Positions 38,836 to 47,269 of a DNA stretch of 64,000 nt are shown here, one piece after another (position 1 is the first letter of the stretch; every line of letters begins with the position of its first letter). A program made the position numbers and the translations under genes. The notes under the pieces are model-generated. The model searched no databases. It was given only the letters and a program-made list of their open reading frames with translations, and was not told the DNA's origin. Origin of the DNA: an uncultured Candidatus Saccharibacteria bacterium (GTDB taxonomy: Bacteria > Patescibacteriota > Saccharimonadia > Saccharimonadales > Saccharimonadaceae); assembly GCA_964394555.1 (NCBI GenBank), contig CAYMXW010000001.1:16692-80691 (forward strand), in the 5' to 3' direction.

Positions 38836-40135
38836 AACGAAGGGCATCAATGGGGTTTTTGCGAGCGGCTTTGATGGCTGGTAAAGTGCCAGATATAAAA
38901 GCGACGAGCATAATAATTACGGTAATGATAATTACATTAAGTGGCGTAAATTCGGCAAGCGAGAAGGTGGGAAAATCGGCGAGGAAAGTTTGGTGGGCGA
39001 TGCCGTTACCGGCAAATCCAGCCAGCATTGAGATAGCGATACCGAAGACCGAACCCCAGAACCCGAGCAAGGTGGCTTCAAGCGAAAATAGGAGAAAGAT
39101 TTTGCCACCCCCCATACCGAGTGCCTTCATGAGGCCGATTTCGCGGGTGCGTTCTTGGACGGACATAAACAAAGTGTTGATGATGCCAATGGAAGCGGCG
39201 AGCAAGGCAATGGCGCCAAATAGAGTAAAGACAATGAGCACGACGTCAAGGAAAGTGCGAATCATACCGACAGTGTCGTCGATAGTCATGATAGAAAAGC
39301 CGAGTTTTTCAAATTCGTCGCGAATTTGGTCGAGTTTGTCGGGATCGACATTGCCGACAGCGATGATGTTGGCTTGGGCTTTGGTTTCGGCGGGAACGCC
39401 TTCCATCGATTTATCGTAAATGGCGTTGTCGAGAGCAGAATTAATATGAAGTTCGCCACTCATTGCGAGGATGCCGGGAGCTTGAACGCCGGTGATGGTA
39501 GCTTTGACAGTAGCGATACAGTTGTCAGGCTGAGTGTAACAAAGCGCGGTCTGCTTGAAGCCGATAGTGACGGTTTGATTGATAGCATCTTCGGCGCTCG
39601 CGAAACCAAGCGGTTCTAGATAATCTTCGGTGAGAAGAATTTCGTATTTGTCAGAACTAGAGTCGGGCATACGGCCAGTAGTGAGGTCAACATTGAAATT
39701 TTCGGTAGGTAGATATTCAAGCGAAACGTTATATTTTTGGTCGGTATCGTTACTAGTAATCCATTCGGGCGAAAGGATGTGAAAAATTTCCAGATCCTCG
39801 ACGCCTTTGACAGCTTTGAGTTTTTTGAGATCGTCAGCAGTAATGCGTGAAGAAGAGGCGGCACCAGTGTCGGGATTATATTCGGTGGCTGCAGTACCGC
39901 TTTGCATGGCGGAATTGATTTGCTCGTACATGGCGGCGGGAAAAACTTCCACAAAACCATCACCACCGATAGAGGCGACTTGTTTATCGATGAACGAATT
40001 GACGCCGGTATTGATAGCGGTGTTTAAAACAATGGTAAAACTGCCGATAAAAATCGCGAGGATGGTAAGAAAAGTGCGAATTTTGTTTTGGAAAAGGTTG
40101 TGATTGGCGGTTTTGATAATATCAATAAGTTTCAT
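38828..40135 (-). CDS. MacB/FtsX-family ABC permease
   Basis: RTFLTILAIFIG, large periplasmic domain, and GIINTLFMSVQERTREIGLMKALG. Confidence 0.9.
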   Translation of the reverse strand: MKLIDIIKTANHNLFQNKIRTFLTILAIFIGSFTIVLNTAINTGVNSFIDKQVASIGGDGFVEVFPAAMYEQINSAMQSGTAATEYNPDTGAASSSRITADDLKKLKAVKGVEDLEIFHILSPEWITSNDTDQKYNVSLEYLPTENFNVDLTTGRMPDSSSDKYEILLTEDYLEPLGFASAEDAINQTVTIGFKQTALCYTQPDNCIATVKATITGVQAPGILAMSGELHINSALDNAIYDKSMEGVPAETKAQANIIAVGNVDPDKLDQIRDEFEKLGFSIMTIDDTVGMIRTFLDVVLIVFTLFGAIALLAASIGIINTLFMSVQERTREIGLMKALGMGGGKIFLLFSLEATLLGFWGSVFGIAISMLAGFAGNGIAHQTFLADFPTFSLAEFTPLNVIIITVIIMLVAFISGTLPAIKAARKNPIDALRYE

Positions 40136-40818
40136 TTGGCAACCTCCTTGGTGATTTTACCATCTTTCAAGTGAATTTGACGCTGACATTTACTAGCAAG
40201 CTCTAGGTCGTGAGTGACGATAATAAGAGTAACATTTTTCTGCTTGTTGAGGTCAAAAAGGAGTTTGATGATTTTGTCACCGGTGACTGAGTCAAGGTTA
40301 CCAGTGGGTTCGTCGGCAAAGATAATTTTGGGATTATTAACGATGGCGCGAGCGATACAAACACGTTGTTTTTGACCGCCTGAAAGGTCGTTAGCTTTGT
40401 TTGAAGCTTTGTCGTCAAGCCCGACGGTTTTTAGAGCGTCGAGGGCGAGTTTTTTGCGGGTGCGACGACGCGTACCGGAAATTTTGAGCGGCAAAAGCAC
40501 GTTGTTTAATACGGTATCGTTAGCGTTCATAAAAAATTGCTGAAACACAAAACCGAACTCGCGGTTGCGCAAGCGATTGAGTTGGCGGGGTTTTAATTTA
40601 TGACTATTGATATCGTTGATTTTAATAGTGCCGGTGGTGGGTTGGTCGAGTAAAGCAAGCAAGTGCATTAAAGTAGATTTGCCCGAACCGGATTTGCCAA
40701 CGATGGCGATGGTCTCGCCGACGTTGATGGTGAGATTGATATCTTTGAGCGCCCGAAAGGCGGTAGATTTTTTGCCATAAGTCTTGGACAGATGGCTAAC
40801 TTCAATTAGCGGTTTCAT
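40132..40818 (-). CDS. ABC transporter ATP-binding subunit (MacB/LolD type)
   Basis: GKSGSGKST, LSGGQKQRV and [10 protein letters not shown]. Confidence 0.93.
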   Translation of the reverse strand: MKPLIEVSHLSKTYGKKSTAFRALKDINLTINVGETIAIVGKSGSGKSTLMHLLALLDQPTTGTIKINDINSHKLKPRQLNRLRNREFGFVFQQFFMNANDTVLNNVLLPLKISGTRRRTRKKLALDALKTVGLDDKASNKANDLSGGQKQRVCIARAIVNNPKIIFADEPTGNLDSVTGDKIIKLLFDLNKQKNVTLIIVTHDLELASKCQRQIHLKDGKITKEVAK

Positions 40819-40836
40819 ACTGTATATTATAACACA

Positions 40837-41514
40837 CTAGCGTTTGTGAGATTTGGGAGTTTTACGTGGTTTAGTAATGTGACGCATATGGGGATAGGCG
40901 GAGAGTAGACGGCGAAAATGCCAACCGCGTTTCATCAAAGTCTGCCTAACTTCGTGGGCAAGTTCTTCGCTGGCATCGTAATCGAGTGTCTTGCCGACTT
41001 TGCGGACTTCAATGAGAACAGTGATGGAGATAATGGCGTCGGTGGCAAGAACAATGGCAAAAATTATAGATAGGGCGTGCAAGAGTGCGGGTGGAAAAGC
41101 GTCGAATAAGTCGAAAAATATGGGGTTAATACAAGTGATGACAAAAGTGCAGACGACGCCAAAGATAAGTAAAGTTTCGGCGCAAATGCGACCATTGAGA
41201 TTGAGTGGGCGTTGGCTATAGTCCCACCAACGAGCGTGGAAGATTTTTTCTAGAATAAAACTAGTAAGGTATTCAAGCGTGCCGCAAACTAGAATAGAAA
41301 AACCAAATAGTAGGGGTAGATTGTCCATAAAGGGATCAAGCAAAACGGTGGCAAGTAAAACGCCGGTGCCGTAAATTGGTAAGTAGGGGCCGATGAGGAA
41401 TCCACGATGAACGAAATGGCCAGCCTTAACAGATTTGATGATTGTTTCCATACACCAACCGATGATAGAGTAGGCGACGAAGAGAAGAAAGTATTTTTCG
41501 AGGTCGGTTAACAT
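40837..41514 (-). CDS. Putative ABC-permease-like membrane protein (DUF1113/TMEM229-like)
   Basis: YSIIGW..E, RGFLIGPYLPIYGTG and WWDYS..PLNLNGRIC. Confidence 0.8.
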   Translation of the reverse strand: MLTDLEKYFLLFVAYSIIGWCMETIIKSVKAGHFVHRGFLIGPYLPIYGTGVLLATVLLDPFMDNLPLLFGFSILVCGTLEYLTSFILEKIFHARWWDYSQRPLNLNGRICAETLLIFGVVCTFVITCINPIFFDLFDAFPPALLHALSIIFAIVLATDAIISITVLIEVRKVGKTLDYDASEELAHEVRQTLMKRGWHFRRLLSAYPHMRHITKPRKTPKSHKR

Positions 41515-41579
41515 AAGATTATTATAGCACAAGCAGGAGTTGAATTTCTAGAGTGGGTATGATATTATAATGGTGGCGA

Positions 41580-41654
41580 TGGACCGTCGCCAAGTGGTAA
41601 GGCACTGGGTTTTGGTCCCAGCATTCGCAGGTTCGAATCCTGCCGGTCCAGCCA
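41580..41654 (+). tRNA. tRNA-Gln (TTG), encoded CCA
   Basis: TGGACCGTCGCCAAGTGGTAAGGCACTGGGTTTTGGTCCCAGCATTCGCAGGTTCGAATCCTGCCGGTCCAGCCA folds as a cloverleaf. Confidence 0.96.
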
Positions 41655-41666
41655 AGAGGAGGGCAA

Positions 41667-42353
41667 ATGATTAATTTTATAAGAAATCATAAAATTATTA
41701 GTGCCGTGATAGCGGCGAACTTAATAGCAATAATTGTGATTATGGTGGCGTTTGTAATCCACAATTCTAAGACTGCAACGATTGATATTCGTGCCGTACC
41801 GACTGAGGCCACAGTGAAGTTAAACGGTCAAGTGTACGAGAACTATACTTCACAAAATCTGATTCCCGGTAAATATACCGCTGAAATTTCGATGGAAGGT
41901 ATGGAAACCAAGACGGTTGAATTAGATTTGGCAACCGATGATTTTTATAAGTTGTATGTTTATCTGCTAGATGCGGATGGCACATTCTCCTATTACGAAA
42001 CGCACCCAAGTGAAGTGGATGCGTTGGAGCAGTTAGGGATTAATGACGCGGCGTTGACTAATTTTGTGGATAGGTATAATAGTATATATAGTATAGTGGA
42101 TAAGTTACCGCTTCAGTTATATAATCGCACCGATGATCCAGCGACTACTTGGGGTGTGTATGTAGATCAATATGGTGTTTCGGCGAGTGATGAGATGGAA
42201 AATACTGAAGATAATTTGGCGGCCAAATGCCAGACGATTGTGTGTTTGGAAGCGTATGTTAATAATACCAGTAATGAAGTGGTGTATGATTTGATTCGCG
42301 AGGCGGGGTATAATCCCGATGACTATCAGATTACGTTTGGTAAAAGTGACTAG
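41667..42353 (+). CDS. Membrane-anchored surface protein with a PEGA-like domain
   Basis: N-terminal TM, then IRAVPTEATVKLNG...LIPGKYTAEISMEG; GAGGAGGG SD. Confidence 0.6.
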   Translation: MINFIRNHKIISAVIAANLIAIIVIMVAFVIHNSKTATIDIRAVPTEATVKLNGQVYENYTSQNLIPGKYTAEISMEGMETKTVELDLATDDFYKLYVYLLDADGTFSYYETHPSEVDALEQLGINDAALTNFVDRYNSIYSIVDKLPLQLYNRTDDPATTWGVYVDQYGVSASDEMENTEDNLAAKCQTIVCLEAYVNNTSNEVVYDLIREAGYNPDDYQITFGKSD

Positions 42354-42358
42354 TTGAA

Positions 42359-42844
42359 CTATTTCTTTTTATCGTCGTCGGTGTTTTTAGAGTTGGGGAG
42401 GCTGTTTTTGCCGTATTCGCTAGACGAGCCGGCGGTGGGGGTGGAGGTATTACAAATGTCGCCACCATTAAAAGCGCCACCTGGAATCAGCCAAGAAGCA
42501 ATACTCCACATAGCGGCGTAGATAGCGAGACCAATGACAATTTCAAGGATGCGAGTTTTAGCTTTGGCCAGTTGTCCTGTATTGTCATGGGCCGTGATAT
42601 ACATAATGGCAGTAATAACCAGACCAATAACAGCTGCTATACCTACACCATAGGTTAGAATGGTTAGACCTAAATTAATAACCATCCAGACGCCACAACC
42701 ATCATTGTCGTCTTCAACGCAACCGAAAAAATTAGTCTCTACTTGGCCTTCGGGGCAGGCGGCGTTTGCTGGTGTGGTAAAAACTAAAAAACTGCCAAGA
42801 AAAATGATTGGGAGTGCTAGCAGAGTTAGTTTTAGATATTTCAT
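42359..42844 (-). CDS. VirB2/TrbC-like pilin-family membrane protein
   Basis: Signal peptide ending ANA, Cys-containing N-region, and two TMs flanking YITAHDNTGQLAKAK. Confidence 0.65.
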   Translation of the reverse strand: MKYLKLTLLALPIIFLGSFLVFTTPANAACPEGQVETNFFGCVEDDNDGCGVWMVINLGLTILTYGVGIAAVIGLVITAIMYITAHDNTGQLAKAKTRILEIVIGLAIYAAMWSIASWLIPGGAFNGGDICNTSTPTAGSSSEYGKNSLPNSKNTDDDKKK

Positions 42845-42906
42845 CTTACTTAAGATTATATAAAAAATACTTTGAATAGTCAATCTGTGATATAATTTTT
42901 ACAGAG

Positions 42907-43800
42907 ATGAAGAAGATAATTCCGGTTATAATCTTGGTTGCGTTAGTAATGCTAGTGGGGGGATTTTGGTGGTGGAAAAGTAGTGATTCTACTGATGGTA
43001 ATGTTGTAATAATTACAACATCTTTTCCAGAATATGATGCAGTGCGGGCGGTGACCGGTGAAGCACCAAAGATGTTATTAAAACCCGGTAGTGATATTCA
43101 TCATTTTGAGCCGACTCCGCAAGATGTGATTGATATCAAAAAAGCTGATTTTATTTTGTATGGTGGGGGTGAGTCGGAAACTTGGATGGATGATCTGTTG
43201 TATAATAACGATATTGATGATGATAAGGTTTTGAGCTTAGTTGATATAATAGAGCCAGATGTGGTTGGTGATGAAGAAGATGAGCACGTATGGACTAGCC
43301 CGGTAAATATGGTGGAGATTGTGGGGGAGGTGTGTGACGAATTAAGTGAAATTTGGCCGGAGCGGGCGGCGGAATTTGAAGAAAATGCGGCTAAATATAT
43401 CGCTGAATTAGAAAAGGTTGATGCAGATTTGCGTGGTGTAGTGGATGGCGCAAGGGTAAAAACGTTGGTGTTTGCCGATCGGTTTCCGTTTTATTATTTT
43501 GTAAAAGAGTATGGGCTAAATTATGTGGCGGCGTTCCCCGGTTGTGCGGAGGAGACGGAAGCGAGTAGTAAAACGGTGGCGGAGTTGATCAATAAAATCA
43601 AGGCGGATAAACTGGGAGTGGTGTTAAAAATTGAACTTAGTAATGGTAAATTAGCAGAGACGATTGCAGATGAGACGGGCGTAAAAGTGATGGAACTGCA
43701 TAGCGCACACAATGTGTCGCAGGCGGATTTTGATAGTGGTGTGACTTATGTCGACTTGATGCGGCACAATACCGAAGTCTTAAAAGAGGCGCTGAAATGA
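42907..43800 (+). CDS. znuA: Zn/Mn ABC transporter substrate-binding protein
   Basis: GSDIHHFEPTP, DEHVWTSP and FPFYYF..EYGL. Confidence 0.88.
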   Translation: MKKIIPVIILVALVMLVGGFWWWKSSDSTDGNVVIITTSFPEYDAVRAVTGEAPKMLLKPGSDIHHFEPTPQDVIDIKKADFILYGGGESETWMDDLLYNNDIDDDKVLSLVDIIEPDVVGDEEDEHVWTSPVNMVEIVGEVCDELSEIWPERAAEFEENAAKYIAELEKVDADLRGVVDGARVKTLVFADRFPFYYFVKEYGLNYVAAFPGCAEETEASSKTVAELINKIKADKLGVVLKIELSNGKLAETIADETGVKVMELHSAHNVSQADFDSGVTYVDLMRHNTEVLKEALK

Positions 43801-44468
43801 AAAGCGAAATTTTGCGGTTAGAAAAGCTGACGTTGGGGTTTGGTGAAAATATTGTGATTCGGAAGGCAGATTTAAAAGTCGAGCAAGGCGATTTTAGTTG
43901 TGTGGTGGGGGCGAATGGTTCGGGTAAAAGTACTCTAGTAAAGGGAGCGCTAGGATTAATCAAGCCAGTGAGTGGTAAAGTGGTTTTAAGACCAGATGTT
44001 AAAGTTGGCTATTTACCACAAGAGACCAATTTTGAGTTGAATTTTCCGGCGACAGTACGGGAGATAGTGTTATCGGGAGCGTTAGGCAAGATGGGGCGAC
44101 GAATTTTTTATAATGATGCCGACCGCGAGATGATGCGAGCGCAGTTGAAGCTATTAAAAATTGCCGGGTTGGAGAAAAAGGTATTTAGCGAACTTTCGGG
44201 CGGACAAAAACAAAAAGTACTACTGGCGCGAGCGTTGATGGCGACATCGGAATTATTGGTGTTAGATGAGCCGTCGAATAATTTAGATTATGAGTCGAGG
44301 CGGGAGTTTTATGAGATTTTGTTGAAGTTGAATCGTCAGGGTTTAACAATTATGATGATTACACATGACCTCGATGCCGAAGATTTGATTGGCAATAAGG
44401 TGGTGGCGATTCAAAACGGCCTTGTTAAAACTTATGATACACATGAATATTTGGAGCAGTTTAAATGA
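43797..44468 (+). CDS. znuC: Metal ABC transporter ATP-binding protein
   Basis: GANGSGKST, YLPQ, LSGGQKQK and ITHD. Confidence 0.88.
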   Translation: MKSEILRLEKLTLGFGENIVIRKADLKVEQGDFSCVVGANGSGKSTLVKGALGLIKPVSGKVVLRPDVKVGYLPQETNFELNFPATVREIVLSGALGKMGRRIFYNDADREMMRAQLKLLKIAGLEKKVFSELSGGQKQKVLLARALMATSELLVLDEPSNNLDYESRREFYEILLKLNRQGLTIMMITHDLDAEDLIGNKVVAIQNGLVKTYDTHEYLEQFK

Positions 44469-45274
44469 GCGCACTGATGGAAATTTTTTCGTATGATTTT
44501 ATGGTGAGAGCACTAGTGGTGGGTGTGATGATAGCTTTGGTAGCGGCGCTAATTGGCGTGCCGTTGGTGCTGAGACGTAGTTCAATGATTGGCGATGGTT
44601 TGTCGCATGCGGCGTTTGGCGCATTTGCGGTGGCGTTGATGGTGGGGGTACTGCCGACGGTTTTGGCGCTTATCATAGTCTTGATAGCGGCATTTGGAAT
44701 TTTGTGGCTGAGCCGGCGGCGCCAGGTGTATAGCGATGCGATGATAGCAGTGCTGTCGGTATCAAGTTTGGCAATTGGGGTGTTAGCGATTTCGTTAGCG
44801 GGGGGTGTAAATATTGATTTAAATAGTTACCTGTTTGGCAGTATTTTGGCGGTGGGGAGTGCGGATGTGATAATGAGTTTAGTATTAGCGGTAACGGTGG
44901 TTATATTATATATAGTGTTTTTCCAGAAGATTTTTGCGGTGACTTTTGACGCAGAGTTTGCGCGGTCGGTGGGCGTAAGGGTCGGTTTTTATGATGCGAT
45001 ATTTGCGATGATTTGTGCGGTAGTGGTAGTGATCGGGATGAAACTGTTGGGCGCTTTGTTAATATCGGGGCTAATCATCTTCCCTGCCTTAACAGCGATG
45101 AGGTTGACAAAATCGTTTAAGTGTGCTATAATAGTAGGATGTATAGTGGCGGTGGTGGCCTTCTTGATTGGACTAGTATTATCTTATTTATTAGCTTTGC
45201 CGACGGGGGCAACGGTGATAGTGGTGAATTTAGTGATTTGGCTGTTTGCGGTAGTTTTCAATCGCTTTTTCTAG
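44465..45274 (+). CDS. znuB: Metal ABC transporter permease
   Basis: GDGLSHAAF, YLFGSIL and GALLISGLIIFP. Confidence 0.88.
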   Translation: MSALMEIFSYDFMVRALVVGVMIALVAALIGVPLVLRRSSMIGDGLSHAAFGAFAVALMVGVLPTVLALIIVLIAAFGILWLSRRRQVYSDAMIAVLSVSSLAIGVLAISLAGGVNIDLNSYLFGSILAVGSADVIMSLVLAVTVVILYIVFFQKIFAVTFDAEFARSVGVRVGFYDAIFAMICAVVVVIGMKLLGALLISGLIIFPALTAMRLTKSFKCAIIVGCIVAVVAFLIGLVLSYLLALPTGATVIVVNLVIWLFAVVFNRFF

Positions 45275-45643
45275 AGCTTCGTGACCGAGGACTGAACAAT
45301 GGAATTTATGTTTAGGAAGATTGCCGAGATAATCATCGATAGTTTTGGCATCGATTTTTAGTGCTTCGTCGAGAGTTTTGCCTTTGGCGAGTTCCGAAAG
45401 TGCGCTAGTACTGGCAATAGCACTGGCGCAACCGTAAGTTTTCCATTTGATGTCGATGATTTTTTCGTCTTTTATCTTCAAAAACATTTTCATTTGGTCG
45501 CCGCAGATAGGGTTACCAACGACGCCTTCAGCGTCGTGGGTGTATTTAGATTCATCGCCCATGAGGAAGTTGCGAGGGTTTAAAAAATGTTCTTTGACTT
45601 TTTCAGAATAAACCCAGTCTCTAGATTCTTGTTTGGTGGTCAT
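45230..45643 (-). CDS. iscU: Fe-S scaffold IscU/NifU
   Basis: EHFLNPRN, GNPICGD, YGCASAIAS and KFHCS (three Cys). Confidence 0.93.
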   Translation of the reverse strand: MTTKQESRDWVYSEKVKEHFLNPRNFLMGDESKYTHDAEGVVGNPICGDQMKMFLKIKDEKIIDIKWKTYGCASAIASTSALSELAKGKTLDEALKIDAKTIDDYLGNLPKHKFHCSVLGHEALEKAIENYRKQPNH

Positions 45644-46782
45644 TTGACTCCTTTCGTTTTGATGGTGCTGATTTGTTGGAGGCGGTGGATAATTTTTGGT
45701 AGAGTTTTCATTACTTCATCGATATCTTGTTTGGTAGTATCAAGACCGAGTGAAAAACGGATAGAACTATGGGCGACTTCGGCGTCATTTACGGTAGCCA
45801 TGATGACGTGGCTGGGTTTGCCATCGCCCGAAGCGCAGGCGGAGCCGGTGGAGATGGCGATGTTGGCCTGAGCATCAAGATAGAGCTGAATCGATTCGCC
45901 CTCGGCAGCCTGAAAAGAAACATTTAGGATGTTTGGCAAAATTGACGATAGGTTGCCATTGACATTGCTGAAGGGGATTTCTTTCAAGATGCGGTGGGCG
46001 AGTTCGTCGCGGAGCGAGGCGATTTTTTCGGCGTAAATTTTGGGGGTGTCGTGTTCACGGGCGTATTTGGCGGCGGCGCCAAAGCCGGCGATATTGGCGG
46101 TAGCATAAGTGCCGGCGCGGTGGCCGTGTTCTTGGTGGCCACCAATAATCAGAGGTTTGAATGGTGCGCCATCTTTGACATAGAGAGCGCCAATGCCGAT
46201 TGGACCGCCGATTTTGTGAGCGGAGATGGTCATATAATCAACGCCTAAATCTTTGACATCGATAGGGATTTTGCCGAGAGCTTGGGTAGCGTCGGTATGG
46301 AAAAGTGTGCCGTGCTTGTGGGCGAGATGAGCGAGGCGTTTGATGTCTTGAATAGTGCCAAGCTCATTGTTGGCAAGCATAATGGAAATTAGCTTGGGGG
46401 ATTTTTTGAGAGTTTTTTCGAAAAAACTATCTTTAATTTTTCCATACTTATCAACGGGGATTTCGAGGCAGTGGCAGCGGGCGCGAGCGGACGCGAGCAC
46501 GCTTGCGTGCTCGATGGCGGAAACCGCCACGCATTGCTCGGCGAAAATGTTGGTAACAGTATTGTTAGCTTCGGAGCCGCCGGAGGTGAAGATAATCTCA
46601 CTTGGTTTAGCGCCGATAAGCCGAGCAATGTCCGCTCGCGCTATCTCAATCACTTCGTGGGCGCGGTGCCCCGGAGTGTGAAGCGCTGAGGCATTGCCGG
46701 GAAAATTATCCATCACGTCAAGCATGGCTTTTTTAGCTTCGGGAAGTAAGGGGCTGGTAGCGGCGTGATCGAGATAAATCAT
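45640..46782 (-). CDS. iscS: Cysteine desulfurase (NifS/IscS type)
   Basis: YLDHAAT, FTSGGSEANN, HTDATQ, SAHKIGGP and STGSAC. Confidence 0.94.
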   Translation of the reverse strand: MIYLDHAATSPLLPEAKKAMLDVMDNFPGNASALHTPGHRAHEVIEIARADIARLIGAKPSEIIFTSGGSEANNTVTNIFAEQCVAVSAIEHASVLASARARCHCLEIPVDKYGKIKDSFFEKTLKKSPKLISIMLANNELGTIQDIKRLAHLAHKHGTLFHTDATQALGKIPIDVKDLGVDYMTISAHKIGGPIGIGALYVKDGAPFKPLIIGGHQEHGHRAGTYATANIAGFGAAAKYAREHDTPKIYAEKIASLRDELAHRILKEIPFSNVNGNLSSILPNILNVSFQAAEGESIQLYLDAQANIAISTGSACASGDGKPSHVIMATVNDAEVAHSSIRFSLGLDTTKQDIDEVMKTLPKIIHRLQQISTIKTKGVK

Positions 46783-46783
46783 A

Positions 46784-47269
46784 TTATTCGGTCTTGATAA
46801 TTTTACCGTGGTCGAGGTGGAGCAAGCGTTGATTACGAGAACCGCGGAATTTGCAGGTTAAATCACGCTGAGCGAGGATAAAAGGTCCGTCAATCAAAGC
46901 ATCCAAAGAACAAAGAAAATCCCACTCATCACCGCCACGTTCGCGGATTTTTTCGTAAGTGTAGCCGGTAAATGACCAGATATTCCAACCGAGTTCTTTG
47001 CGCGCCCAGTCAGCAATCTCTTTACAGGCGACAGGTTGAAGAAATGGTTCCCCACCACAGAAAGTGATGCCGGCTTGGCCTTTGAGTTTGCTTAAACGCT
47101 CTTTAACTTCATCAATATCAACTAGAAATCCACCATCTAGGTCCCAGGTTTCGGGGTTCTGACAACCCGGGCAATGGGTGCGGCAGCCTTGGGTCCACAA
47201 GACTGCACGCAAGCCATAGCCGTTGACAATATTGTCATGTTCAATAGGACCCGATAGCCTGATTTTCAT
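46784..47269 (-). CDS. nrdG: Anaerobic ribonucleotide reductase activase (radical SAM)
   Basis: CRTHCPGC (CxxxCxxC), GGEPF, IDGPFI and FRGSRNQR. ATG overlaps the nrdD stop (TAATG). Confidence 0.95.
   Translation of the reverse strand: MKIRLSGPIEHDNIVNGYGLRAVLWTQGCRTHCPGCQNPETWDLDGGFLVDIDEVKERLSKLKGQAGITFCGGEPFLQPVACKEIADWARKELGWNIWSFTGYTYEKIRERGGDEWDFLCSLDALIDGPFILAQRDLTCKFRGSRNQRLLHLDHGKIIKTE

Noticed and set aside
42845-42906. Zur/Fur-type operator upstream of the metal ABC operon
   Set aside because: The region is AT-rich with a clear -10 box but no convincing inverted repeat.
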